DNA of 64,000 nt, from the NCBI RefSeq assembly GCF_004010195.1, contig NC_057749.1, positions 23,976,510 to 24,040,509 of the forward strand. Reading direction: 5' to 3'. Below the pieces are notes generated by a model, which saw only the letters and a program-made list of their open reading frames with translations, was not told the origin of the DNA and did not search any database. The position numbers and the translations under genes are program-made. The stretch is from Chiloscyllium plagiosum (Eukaryota). This document shows positions 50,689 to 62,554 of this stretch, in pieces. How positions within the stretch are numbered: position 1 is the first letter of the stretch; each line of letters opens with the position of its first letter.

Positions 50689-51994
50689 GTAAGGTGTATG
50701 GCCTAGCAGAAGGTGTGAGGCTCAGGTAAGGTGTATGGCCTAGCGGTTAATCCAGAAGACGTGAGTCGAAATCCAACATGGCAGGTTGGAAAATTGGGTT
50801 AAAGGTCTGGCTGCTTTCACTAAAATTACCTCTTGTTGTAAAAATCCCAATGAATGATCTTTAGTGATGGTAAACTTATCCAGACTCCCAACTGAATGTG
50901 GTAACGGTCCCACCACCAAATGGAGTTCAGTCAGAATGCCCTAGGCATTTTTCTTGAAGTGCCTAGATTATGCTAACCCTCATTATTGGGAGGAGTCTAC
51001 TTTCAGAGAGGGGGAGACCCACATTTAAGTGACAACATTGATAGGAATCTCTGAGCCTCTATGATTGCACTCCGCACAGTGGGCTATTTAATATTGGAAT
51101 TGTTATGCTGATAATGGTCATCAAAATGGTTCTCCTCTCGGTCGAAGTGTGGAGCAGAGTGCCAAATGCAGCAATTCTCTCAGTCACCACAACACCAATC
51201 TCTCAGGGAACCATCTCCCAAACAGACAATAGAGCGTTCTCCACCCCTCAATCCAAGAGTCCCTTGGTTTGTGTTGAATTGGAGACAGTTCAAGGGCACG
51301 GGGCTGTGTCCTCATCGGATGCAGAATTAAACCCTTGCCCGGAGTCACAAGGATCATATACGAATCAGCTCTTCCCCCTCAGTTGGAGTGAAAGATTGTG
51401 GTGTTTGGAGTTCACATTAAAGAGAGAACCTATCTCTCACTTGCCTCCATTGAGTAATACAGCCTAGAAAATGGCCCTACAGCCCATTGATTCTGCATCG
51501 GTCAGAAACAACCACCTCACTGATCTAATCCCATTTTTCAGCATTTGGTCCACTAGCCTTGGTATCGCAAGTATCTTCAATGTGATGAGGGTCTCTGCCT
51601 CTCCCACCCTAACAGGCAGTCAGTTCCAGATTCCCACCACCCTCTGGGGAAAACATTTTCCTCACGTTTCTTCCTGCCCCTTTCCTTAAATCGATGTCCC
51701 TGCTCATTGCTCCCTCCATTGGGAGAAAAGTTTCTTCCTGCCTACCCCTCATAATTTTACACATCTCAGTCATGTCCCCTCTCAGTCCCCTCTGCTCCGA
51801 GGAAAACAGCCCTAGTCTGTCCAATCCCTCTTCATGATTGAGACTCTCCAGCCCAGGCAACTTCCTGGTAAACCTCCTCTGCACCATCTCCAGTGCGTTC
51901 ACATCGTTCCTATCTGATAGATCCGTTTTACCACAGAACGAAACATTCAAGTTCTCATTTTATCGGGGGGGTGATTTCCTTTCAATGTCGGTTT

Positions 51995-51998
51995 AAAA
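51995..51998 (-). terminator. putative Pol III terminator (TTTT) of the tRNA-Gly copy
   Basis: T4 run on the minus strand about 10 nt past the tRNA 3' end. Confidence 0.55.
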
Positions 51999-52007
51999 CA
52001 GCAACAG

Positions 52008-52079
52008 TGCGATGGCCAGGAATCGAACCCAGGTCAACTGCTTGGAAGGCAGCTATGCTCACCACTATACCACCACTGC
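52008..52079 (-). tRNA. tRNA-Gly(TCC) gene or recent pseudogene, intronic and antisense to TLN2
   Basis: 72 nt GCAGTGGTGGTATAGTGGTGAGCATAGCTGCCTTCCAAGCAGTTGACCTGGGTTCGATTCCTGGCCATCGCA; A and B boxes and TCC anticodon intact; A3:C70 mismatch in acceptor stem, two G-U pairs in T stem. Confidence 0.85.
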
Positions 52080-53311
52080 CCTGCTACATCCTTCCTGTAA
52101 TGTGGATTCCAGAATCCCTGCACCCTGTGATTCTGAGCAGATGGACGTACATTGGCCCCTGACCCAACCCCTTCCCCACCCACTGTCTGATTCTGCATCA
52201 TGAGCGTCCATTGATTCCCATTGTGCAGGGACGGGCAGACTGCAGCTATCTGGGGAGAAGCTGGTGGGAGAGAGAGATTTACTTCAGACAGTGAGCTGTT
52301 ATGGCCAGGAATGCACAGGCCGCGGAGGTAATGGAAGTAATTCTATAATAACTTCCAACAGGGATTTGGGTCATTACTTAAGGACGCCGGGAAAGAATGT
52401 GATTGATTGGATGGCCTTTTCGAACACCCAGCAGGGAGATATGGCAGAATGCTGGCTTTTTCTTTTGAAACAGAGCGTGGAGTCGTCTAAAAGCAGGAGA
52501 AATTTCCAAGGGGAAAGTTTTCCTTTTTGCGGTTGCATTCTTCATAGCTCACCACAGGTGCCCGAGCAGATAAAACGCCAACTTTAGGCACAGGAGATTT
52601 GGCTATCCCCTTTGTCTGGGCTTGCTCAAGTTCTCTCCAGCACCTGGAGATGTCAGAGGCTGAGCCTCCCCAACACCACCTCACCTCACCCTTCTAAAAT
52701 CTCCATGTGGATGTGGAAAATTTCACCATGTCAGCTGCCCCCAGTGTTTTTTTGTTTATTCATTCACTGGACATGGGTATCACTGGCAATGGAGCACAAG
52801 GCAGGAGGTTGACAGGAAATAATAGAGCTGGAGCAGACCCAATGGGCAGAGTGGTCTCTTTCTGCACTGTCCGTGTTTATTGCCCATTCCTAATTGCCCA
52901 GAGGGCAGTTAAGAGTCGACCACATTGCTGTGGGTCTGGTGTCACACACAGGCCAGAACTAATGGTAAAGATGACGGTTTCCTTCCCTAAAGGACATGAG
53001 TGAACTAGATGGGTTTTTCCCAACAATTGGCAATGAATTCATGGTCATCATTAGACTCTTAATTCCAGATTTTTATTGAATTCAGAATCCGCCATCTGCC
53101 ATGGTGGGATTCGAACCCGGGCCTCTCGATTAATATGATAATGCCACTCTGCCATCGCTTTCCCCTTTCTTTCATTTTGAAGGCTGCTTCCTTTGACACA
53201 GCCCAGTATTGTGTGTGGGGTGGAACAAAAGACAATTGAGAGGGACAGTCTGCCTGTTCAGAACAACAACGTGAGCTATTAAGTGTTTTACTTTGTCTTT
53301 TTTCCCCACAG

Positions 53312-53451
53312 ACAAAGGAGGGTCAGATCCAGGTCATTGGTAACTTGAAGAATATCTCCATGGCTTCCAGCAAACTGCTCCTCGCTGCCAAGTCGCTGTC
53401 TGTTGATTCTGCTGCACCCAATGCAAAGAATCTCCTGGCAGCAGCTGCCCG
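53312..53451 (+). CDS. TLN2: talin-2 coding exon (R6), TKEGQIQVIG...LLAAAA(R)
   Basis: cacag|ACA; CG|gtaagg, phase-2 end. Confidence 0.96.
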
Positions 53452-53879
53452 GTAAGGACCATTGTGCTTCACTTAGCCAGGATTTGAGCCTCCTCACCCC
53501 ACCCCAGTCAGCTGTGGCTCAGTGGGTAGCGCACTCGCCTCTGAGTCAGTCGGTCATGGGTATAAGCCTCACTCTAGTCAACTGAGCACAAAATCCAGAC
53601 GGCTGGGAGCCCTGCACCGAAAGCGGAGACATTGGCATACTGGAATGGTTCAGGGCATGAGGACGTTTATTGGTGAGGATAGATTGAAGACGTTGGGAGT
53701 GCACTCCCTGATGAGAAGGCCAAGAGGACATCTGATGCGTGTTTTCAGAATTGTGGCCTAGACAGAATGGATAGGATGACACTGTTCCTGCTTATCCAAA
53801 AGAAAAGGGAGTAGATATAAAGTAACGTGTAAACAAAGCAACACTGATGTGAGAGAAAGCCTTTTTCATTCAGTGAGTA

Positions 53880-54703
53880 CCATATATACTCATGTATAGG
53901 TCAAATTTTGAAGACTTTTTTTATAGCTGAAATTAGGGGGTCGACTAATACACGGGCACAAGTTTTGAGGAGCTGCAATTCACACTGCAGTTCAAAATAC
54001 CATTTTATTAGCAAACGTTGATTTGATCGCACAACTAATCCCGGGTAAGGGAGAAAAACGCCATGAATTACGGTCAAGGTAACTACCGGATAAAAGCAAG
54101 AGACCGGTACGAAAATTGAACATGTCAAAGATTCATTGAAATCCTGCAAAGTCACATTGTACAACATTGTCATGGCCTGGTATAGTGGCACACTTAAAAT
54201 GAAACATTTCTTAAATTCTGAATGTGTTAGCATCTGGAACTTTCCCACCAAATTCTTCCCTTTCCCTCCCACTTACTCCCTCATGTTATGAACCTCAACA
54301 ACATTAACACATTTGCCAAAGAATTAAAGATATACCGGTATGTAGCTAATACATCTCACTTTTATTCAGATATAATGGCACAATTAAAATGATTAACATT
54401 TTAACGATATTAACTTTTGGATGTATAGTGAATAAAGTGTGATAAGTACTGATAGACTTAGTACCGGTCTGAATGAATGACTCAAAACGTGCTGTAGTAA
54501 ACCAAGTGCAGTAAGTTAGAGTTAGGAATAAATGAATCGGAATGTGATATAGTAAACACAGAGCGATGAGTAAAGCTACTGGTGTGAATGAATGTATGTG
54601 ATTTAATGCGATATAGTAGAGTAGACTAATACATGAGATATATGGACGGTAAAAGGTTTTTTGGCCAAAAAAAAAGGGTTGACCTATACATGAGTATATA
54701 CGG
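53880..54703. mobile_element. non-autonomous Tc1/mariner-pogo-type TIR element (MITE), 824 bp
   Basis: 25-bp TIRs ccatatatactcatgtataggtcaa / ttgacctatacatgagtatatacgg (1 mismatch), TA on both sides, interrupts a LINE tail. Confidence 0.88.
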
Positions 54704-55303
54704 TAGTTAGGGTGTGGAAGGCACTTCCTGGAAGTGTGGTGGAGGCAGGTTCAATTGAAAAGGGAATTGGCTGTTTTTTTTTGGACATCAATGGTGTGCA
54801 GGCTATGGGGGTAAAGGCAGGAATTCAGCAGTAGAATATAGAGCTGGAGCAGACCCAATGGGCAGAGTGGTCTCTGCCTGCACTGTAATGATTCTGTCAC
54901 TCTTTCAGAGGAGACATTAAGCCAAAGGTCCGCAAGACTGGCCACGATTTGGAAGAAGGATGAAGGGAGGTGGGCAGAGGTTCTCCCTTGAGTCTTGACC
55001 AATGGTTGATCTGTCAACCATTCAGTGGGCATGAAGGACAGTGTTGGGGGGGTGGAGGGAGCAGGCTATTGTCTAATGTTGCCTTTGTCAGATTATTCTT
55101 GTGGAAGCGTGCTGTGCAAATGTGCTGCCAGGTTTCAGGGTTGGCAACAGGACACCCATGAGGAATATATGACTGAGGGCGGGAATAACTTTGGGTTGTC
55201 CTGAAAGGTGCGAATTCGTCTTGTGTCAAAGTTAGTAAAGCGAGCCTGGTTGAAGAGGTGTTGAAGTGTTAATTTAACAGAAGGTGTATCTGATATCTTC
55301 CAG

Positions 55304-55397
55304 GGCTGTTACCGAGAGCATCAACCAGCTGATTACACTCTGCACCCAGCAGGCTCCTGGGCAGAAGGAATGTGACAACGCTCTCCGAGAACTCGAG
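55304..55397 (+). CDS. TLN2: talin-2 coding exon (R6-R7), (R)AVTESINQL...NALRELE
   Basis: ttccag|G; GAG|gtactg. Confidence 0.96.
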
Positions 55398-57068
55398 GTA
55401 CTGGCTGAAACCAAACTCCGACACCCCATCCACCCAGCTCTTTCACATCGTGGATGTTAATCCATTTCACTACCTGCTCCTCCATCGAGTAATCTTACCA
55501 AGAGAGCAGGTCGGGTGGGGTGAACTATTTCGCCGTGGCACGAATAACGTATAAATTTCATAACTTGGTAGATAGTGCTGAGATTTGGATCCATAAAATG
55601 GCTTAAGATTTCGCAGCCAAGATTGAGATGGATTTTACACGGTCAACTCAACTGGCAGCTAAATCCCAGAGGGAGAATGTGAAGACAGCAGATGCTGGAA
55701 ATCAAAAAGTGTAGTGATGGAAAAGCACAGCTGGTTAGGCAGCATCTGAGAAGTAGCAGAATTGATGTTTTGAGCATAAGCTGTTCATCAGGACCCTGAT
55801 GAAGAGCTTATCCTCGAAATGTCGACTCTCCTGCTCCTCGGATGCTGCCTGACCAGCTGTGATTTTCCAACACCACACTTTTTGATGCTAAATCCCAGCA
55901 GCTAACTAATACATTGAATGTACAATGCAGGAGATTAAATGTTGGGTTTTTAATCAAAGTCCCCACAGTTGTGTCAGTGAACCCTCAATGGATAGCTCTC
56001 TGGGCAGTAGAAGCTCGGTGGGATGACGGTCTCTGGGTTAACAATCCAGAGATCCAGATTATTGCTGCGAGGCCTCAGATCCTACCTCAGCAGCTGGCGG
56101 AATTTCAGTTCCTTCATTCAGTTTGAACCATGAAAAAAACATGTTAATCCCGATCATTGTGACCATGACAGCTGTCATTGCTTGTAAAAATCCATCTAGT
56201 TCATCTTTAGCGACGGAAGTCTGCCATACTTAGCCAGTCTGGCCTACGCATGACCCCAGAACCACAGCATTGTGCTTGGAGTCATACAGCACGGAAACAG
56301 ACCCTTCAGCCCAACTCATCCACACCGACCAGATGTCTGGTGGTGAGCCTGTGGGATGCATTACCACAGCAAGTAGTTGATCTCCAAATATTGAATGTAT
56401 TCAAGAGGCAGCTAGATGTAGCACTTGGGGCGAATGGGATCTAAGGCTATGGGGGGAGAGCAGGATTAGGCTATTGAGTTGGACGATCAGCTATGAATGG
56501 CGGAGCAGGCTCGAAGGGCTGAATGGCCGCCTCCTGCTCCTATCCCATATGTTTCTATCCCAATCTGACGTAGTCCCATTTGCCAGCACTTGGTCTATAT
56601 CACTTTAAAACCCTTCCTGTTCATCGACCCATCCAGATGTCTTTTAAATGTTGTAATTTTACCCAACACCACCTCTTCCTCTGGCAGCCTGTTCCATACA
56701 CGCACCAGTCTATGCATGAAAAAGTTACCTTTCAGGTCCTTCTTAAATCTCACCTTAAACCTCTGTCCTCTAATAAACTACGCTCTGAAATGGCCTCACT
56801 CTGTTCAAAGATAATTAGAGATGGGCTTTGCTCCTAGCATCCACTGAAAGGATACTTTTAGAAAAGCAAAGGCATTGAGTACAGAAGGAAGGAGGTGATG
56901 CTAACTCTTGAGAAATCACAGGTTAGATGCCAGCTGGAGTAAGATTTTAACAAGGGTGCTAAGTCCTTTGGATGAGAGGAGATTTTGCAGCATAATACCA
57001 GGGCAGAGGATCTAGAACAGAGATTGTTCTCCCAGGAGGAAGAGCCTTAACAGAGTTTGAATTGGTCA

Positions 57069-57264
57069 AGATATGGAGATGCCGGTGTTGGACTGGGGTG
57101 TACAAAGTTAAAAATCACACAACACCAGGTTATAGTCCAACAGGTTTAATTGGAAGCACACTAGATCAGTCCACTATCACCTGATGAAGGAGCGGCGCTC
57201 CGAAAGCTAGTGCTTCCAATTCAACCCCTGTTGGACTATAACCTGGTGTTGTGTGATTTTTAAC
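57069..57264. mobile_element. foldback end of a third PLE-like family; related pieces at ~15396-15476, ~38881-38920, ~39625-39712
   Basis: aaagttaaaaatcacacaacaccaggttatagtccaacagg present in both orientations; TSD tttgaattggtca at 57056-57068 and 57265-57277. Confidence 0.8.
57178..57212 (+). ncRNA. minimal type I hammerhead ribozyme motif (PLE-associated)
   Basis: CAC-CTGATGA-A-GGAGC GGC GCTCC-GAAA-GC-TA-GTG. Confidence 0.72.
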
Positions 57265-57875
57265 TTTGAATTGGTCAGGATTGTGAAAGATTCTGGCAGA
57301 GTAAATAAATGGAAAGCATTTCCAGTGGCAGAAGACTCTATAACCAGTGGACACAGATTTGGTGAAAGAACCAGGTCAAAATGAGATGAAATTATTTAGT
57401 GAGCAAATCTGAAATGTAGTGCCTTTAAGAGCAGGAGAAGCAGTTGCCATAATAAGTCCAAAGAGACTGGGATAAGCACTCAAAAGGGAATAATAATTGG
57501 CGAGCTCTTTAAAAGAGACAGCGCTGATGTGATGGTCTGAATGACCTCTTTCAGTGCTGTGTTGTTCTATTACCTGAGATAAGCTCCACTGCAGCTCCAT
57601 GTCCACACAGGGTGTAGGGCATGTGTTAGATTCTGCACACTTCTGTAGGTGCGACATGAGACAATTCCACTGTTGGGTGTCAGTGAAGCCTCTCATTTTC
57701 CAGTCACCTGGAAAGGAAACTGAGATGAATTATGTGAAGGACTTTTTTTATGTAGAGGGACATGCCTGAAGTTTCTAAAAGTCAGCCAGTTAGTTAGTTC
57801 GCTAGTTAGCTCCGGCATTGGCTGGTAAAGTTGTGGTGCAGATTCACTAACTTGTAATTTTGGAAATGTTTGCAG

Positions 57876-57965
57876 ACTGTCAAAGGCATGCTGGAAAATC
57901 CCAATGACCCTGTCAGTGACCTCTCCTACTTTGACTGCATTGAGAGTGTGATGGAGAATTCCAAG
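57876..57965 (+). CDS. TLN2: talin-2 coding exon (R7), TVKGMLENPN...VMENSK
   Basis: tgcag|ACT; AAG|gtaggt. Confidence 0.96.
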
Positions 57966-58081
57966 GTAGGTCAAGGCTCCCTCGGGAGCGATTTGGGAAA
58001 ATTTGGTTTGTGACACTCTGCACCATCTCTCATGGCACTTTTCCAATATTTCCCCTTTTCCCGTTCTCTCTGGCTGTTCAG

Positions 58082-58204
58082 GTCCTCGGAGAGGCTATGA
58101 CTGGGATCTCTCAGAAAGCCAAGACTGGCGATCTTCCGGCGTTCGGGGAATCTGTTGGCATCGCCTCCAAGGCACTGTGTGGTCTGACAGAGGCAGCGGC
58201 TCAG
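58082..58204 (+). CDS. TLN2: talin-2 coding exon (R7), VLGEAMTGIS...LTEAAAQ
   Basis: ttcag|GTC; CAG|gtgggc. Confidence 0.96.
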
Positions 58205-59373
58205 GTGGGCATCGGTCTCTCAACTCACCGTCGCAGCTTGAGATGAGCATGACTCCCCCTCTGAGAGAGGAGCTTTCATAGGATAGAATCCCTACAGTGT
58301 GGAAACAGGCCCTTCAGCCCAACAAATCCATACTGACCCTCCAAAGAGTAACCCACCCTGACCCATTCCCCTACCCTAATCCTCGACATTTACCCCTGAC
58401 CAATGCACCTAACCTACACATCCCTGAACACTATGGGCAATTTAGCATGGCCAATTCACCCTAACCTGCACATCTTTGGACTGCGGGACGAAACCAGAGG
58501 AAACCCACACAGACACGGGGAGTGTGTGCAAACTCCAGTCGCCCGAGGCTGAAATCTAATCTGGGGTCGATTCCATCATCGAAAGTGAAGCATGGAATAG
58601 ACAGCAAAGTCGCAGAATCATCAAATCTGCTTTTGGAGTGATGAAACCTGCCCAGCATTGTTTGGTCTATTTTACTAAAGCTGTATCGAGCCACTTACTG
58701 TCTTCCAGTATTCACTACCCCAGCAAACTGCTTATGATGGGTGAGAATCTTCGAATCACTGCAGTGCAGAAAGAGGCCATTTGGCCCATCGGATCTGTGC
58801 TAATCCTCCAAAGAGCATGCCATTCAGTTCAGCACCTGAACCAATTCCTGTAGCCCAGCATTTTGCACGGCCAATGCACCCAACTTGCATATCTTTGGAC
58901 AAGGGAAGAAACCCATGTAGACGTGGGGAGAAAGTGCAAACTCCCGAGGCTGGAATCGAATCCAGGTCTATAAGGCAACACTTTGTCACCCCCTTCCCCG
59001 GTTAGAAAAGTGATCTGGCATTTCTCTGTAACTATTTAAGCCACACCCCTAAGCCACACCTCTAAGATCCCCTCCAAGTCACTCACCATCCTGACTTGAA
59101 AATATGTCACCCTCCCTCAGTGTTGTTGTGTCAAAATCCTGGAATTCCCACCTTAAGAGTATTGTGCTTCGACCTATAGCAGGTGGACTGCAGCGATTCA
59201 AGAAGGCAGCTCACTACCACCTTCTCAAGTGGCAACTGGGGATGGGCAATAAATCCTATGCCCAGCAGTGAGACCCACGTCTCACAAATGAGTTAAAAAA
59301 ATCCATAGACAGGAGAAGACTTTGGAAACTGTTCAGCCTCCCTTACACAACAAGGAAGCTTTATTCTTTGCAA

Positions 59374-59730
59374 CACACACACACACACGGGCAGACACAG
59401 ACACACAGGGACACACACAGACACGCAGACGCAGACACACACGGACACACAGACATACACAGACACACACGGACACATGCAGACATAGACACGTGGACAC
59501 ACAGATGCACGCGGACACACGCAGACACAGACACATGTGGACACGCACACACACGCGGACGCACACAGACACGCGGACACAGACACACGCGGACAGACAT
59601 GCGCAGACACACACGCAGACACAGACACCCGTGGACACACAGACACACGCAGATACACACGCGGACACACACATGCAGACAGACTCAAACACGCGCACAC
59701 GCAGACACAAACACACACACATGCACGCAG
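59374..59730. repeat. degenerate (CA)n/(ACAG)n low-complexity tract
   Basis: seen directly. Confidence 0.9.
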
Positions 59731-60866
59731 GTAGACACGCCATTGAAAACCATGTGATTTCCTGCAGAGACAGAAATGCCAATAAAGTCCCAGGCCAGGC
59801 CAGTTCGGAAGATGGGAAATTCCTCTCCTATAACCTCGCTCCAGTTCTCACTCCTGAAGTGGTCAAAGCTGCTGGAATAGAATGTATTGTGGGACTGATC
59901 ACTCGTTCGAGATGAATTCTACTCCAACCACAAAACACGCCCAGCAGTGTAAACGTGTGTAAACAGAATACAGCTTCTTGGCATTAGCACACAAGATGGC
60001 AAACTCCACAATTCTCTGGGATAGAGAGCCACCTCTTGATCTTTTTGTTGTCCCATTCCTACATGAGTACGACTGATCATTGAATGTTGCTTTGGGAACT
60101 GAGAGTGCAAATTGGCCAGCATTGTGCAAAGGGGAGCATGGCTCAGCCAGGGCTAGGTTTCATCCTCAATCCATGCGAGTAACATAAGATACAAGAGCTG
60201 ACCTCATCACATCCCAAAAAGTATAACTCAAACTGTCTGAAAGCAACTCAAGGCTCAATGGAAACAGAAACTGCTGGAGAAACCTGACAGGTCTGGCAGT
60301 ACCTGTGGAGAGAAAGCAGAGTATGCTTTCTATCCACATATGGTGCCAGGCCTGCTGAGTTTCTCCAGCAATTTTCTGTCTTTGTTTCTGATTTCTAGCA
60401 TCTTTTGACTAAATTCCCTACAGTGTGAAAACAGGCCCTTCTGCCCAACAAGTCCACACCGACCCTCCGAAGAGTAACCCACCCAGACCCATTCCCCTAG
60501 CCTATATTTACCCCTAACTAATGCACCTGTCAGTCACTATGGGCAATTTAGCCTGGCCAATTCACCTAACCTGCACATCATTGAAGTATGGGAGAAAACC
60601 GGAGCACCTGGAGGAAGCCTACGCAGACACGGGGACACAGACAGTCGCCTGAGGCAGGAATCGAACCCGGGTCGCTGGCGCTGAGACAGCAGTGCTAACC
60701 ACTGAGCCACCATGCCACCCCACGCCCCATCTGCAGGTCTTTGTTTTAAATTGTCGATACTTAAGAACTCCATTGCACTCAAAGTTAGCTGTGAGGATGG
60801 GTTGGGATACCAACACATTGTCAATCCAACTCTTTACTGAGTTTTATTACATCTCCCTTCATGCAG

Positions 60867-61010
60867 GCTGGTTACCTGGTTGGGATATCTGATCCCAACA
60901 GCCAAGCTGGGCACCAGGGGCTAGTGGATCCCATCCAGTTTGCTCGGGCCAATCAGGCAATCCAGATGGCGTGTCAGAATCTGGTGGATCCAGCAAGTAG
61001 TCCGTCACAG
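60867..61010 (+). CDS. TLN2: talin-2 coding exon (R7-R8), AGYLVGISDP...DPASSPSQ
   Basis: tgcag|GCT; CAG|gtaaaa. Confidence 0.96.
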
Positions 61011-61105
61011 GTAAAAGGGCGGGGCACAGCAATGTTGGCGAAAGGTCAGTTGCTGCTCCTGTTTGGGTTCGGCGTCCGTGGTAATGCGTAACTCTCATCG
61101 TGCAG

Positions 61106-61267
61106 GTGCTGTCTGCTGCTACCATCGTCGCCAAACACACTTCGGCATTGTGCAACGCCTGCCGGATCGCCTCCTCCAAAACCGCCAACCCGGTTGCCAA
61201 GCGACACTTTGTCCAGTCGGCCAAGGAAGTTGCCAATAGCACCGCCAACCTGGTGAAGACCATCAAG
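61106..61267 (+). CDS. TLN2: talin-2 coding exon (R8), VLSAATIVAK...ANLVKTIK
   Basis: tgcag|GTG; AAG|gtaacc. Confidence 0.97.
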
Positions 61268-61345
61268 GTAACCGTGTGTGACTGCTGTCGTGTGTGTCCC
61301 CATTGGGGAGCTGACTCTTCCACTGTTTACGCCATTGTTCTGGTT

Positions 61346-62190
61346 CATAGAGTCCTACAACACAGAGACAGGCCCTTCGGCCTAAGCTGGTCCTTGCCAT
61401 CCACGCTAACCCCATTTCCCTGCACTTGGTCCAATTCCTTCTAAACTTTTCCTATCCATATATTTTTCCAAATGCCTTTCAAATGTTGTTAATGTACCCA
61501 CCTCAAGCACTTCCACCAGCAGCTCATTCCATATGCATACCACTCTCTCTGTAAAAAGGTTGCCCCTCAGGTTCCCTCTTATTCTTTCCCCTCTAACCTT
61601 AAACTAATGCCGTCTAGTCCTCGATTCCCCAACCCTGGGAAAAAGACTGAGTGCACTGACCCTATCCATGCTACTCATGATCTTATACACTTTTGTAAAA
61701 TTTGCCCCGCTCAGTCTCCTAAGCTCTAAAGATAAAAAGTCCAAGCTTGTCCAACCTCTCCCTATAACTCGGACGATTGAGTCCTGGCAACATCCTTAAT
61801 AACATCCTTCCTATAGCAAGGTGATCAAAACTGAACACAATATGCCAAGTGCAGTCTCACCAACGTCTTGTACAACTGCAACATAACTTCCCAACTTCTA
61901 TACTCAGTGCCCTGACTGATGAAGGCCAGTGTGCCAAAAGCCTTCTTCACTGCCCTGTCTACCTGGGACTCCACTTTCAGAGAACTGTCCACCTGAGCTC
62001 CAAGATCCCTCTCTTCCACTACGCTCCTTAAGGCCCTACCATGTACTGTGAAACCCCTACCTTGATTTGACTTTCCAAAATACAAGAGCTCACACTTATC
62101 TATATTAAACTCTATTTGCTATTTCCTGAGGTGATCAAAGTCCTGCTGCAATTTCTGACAATCTTCCTCACTGTCCAAGATACCACCTAC
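61346..62190 (-). mobile_element. CR1-like LINE 3' fragment; similar fragments at ~25100-25415(-), ~27455-27995(+), ~51466-51920(-)
   Basis: ERDLGAQVDSSLK..KAFGTLAFI..LYKTLVRLHLAYCVQF. Confidence 0.88.
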
Positions 62191-62554
62191 TTGACAAAAG
62201 GCAAATTCCAGAAATCAGATTGTCTCACCTGTAACTGCAGTAGTGAGCCCCCAGCTTTCAGCTATAACCAAGAGGGCGAAGAAATAGCTTCTATCTCTCC
62301 AAGACACCAACAGCAACTGCTGAAAGCTAAACCTAAAATCTCTGGTTCTATTGGTGGAAGCTTGACCACACCCAGCCAGGCTGCTTCTATTGTTCCAACT
62401 TGTAGAACCCAAGGCTTCACAAATTGTTTACCTTCTCATAGACCCATTGGCACCGGTCCCCCAATCTCCCTCTAACAGATACCAGGAGAAAACACACTTC
62501 TTAAAGCCACAGCATCGCACAGAATATTTTCTCTTCGATTTCATGGGTCTCACC

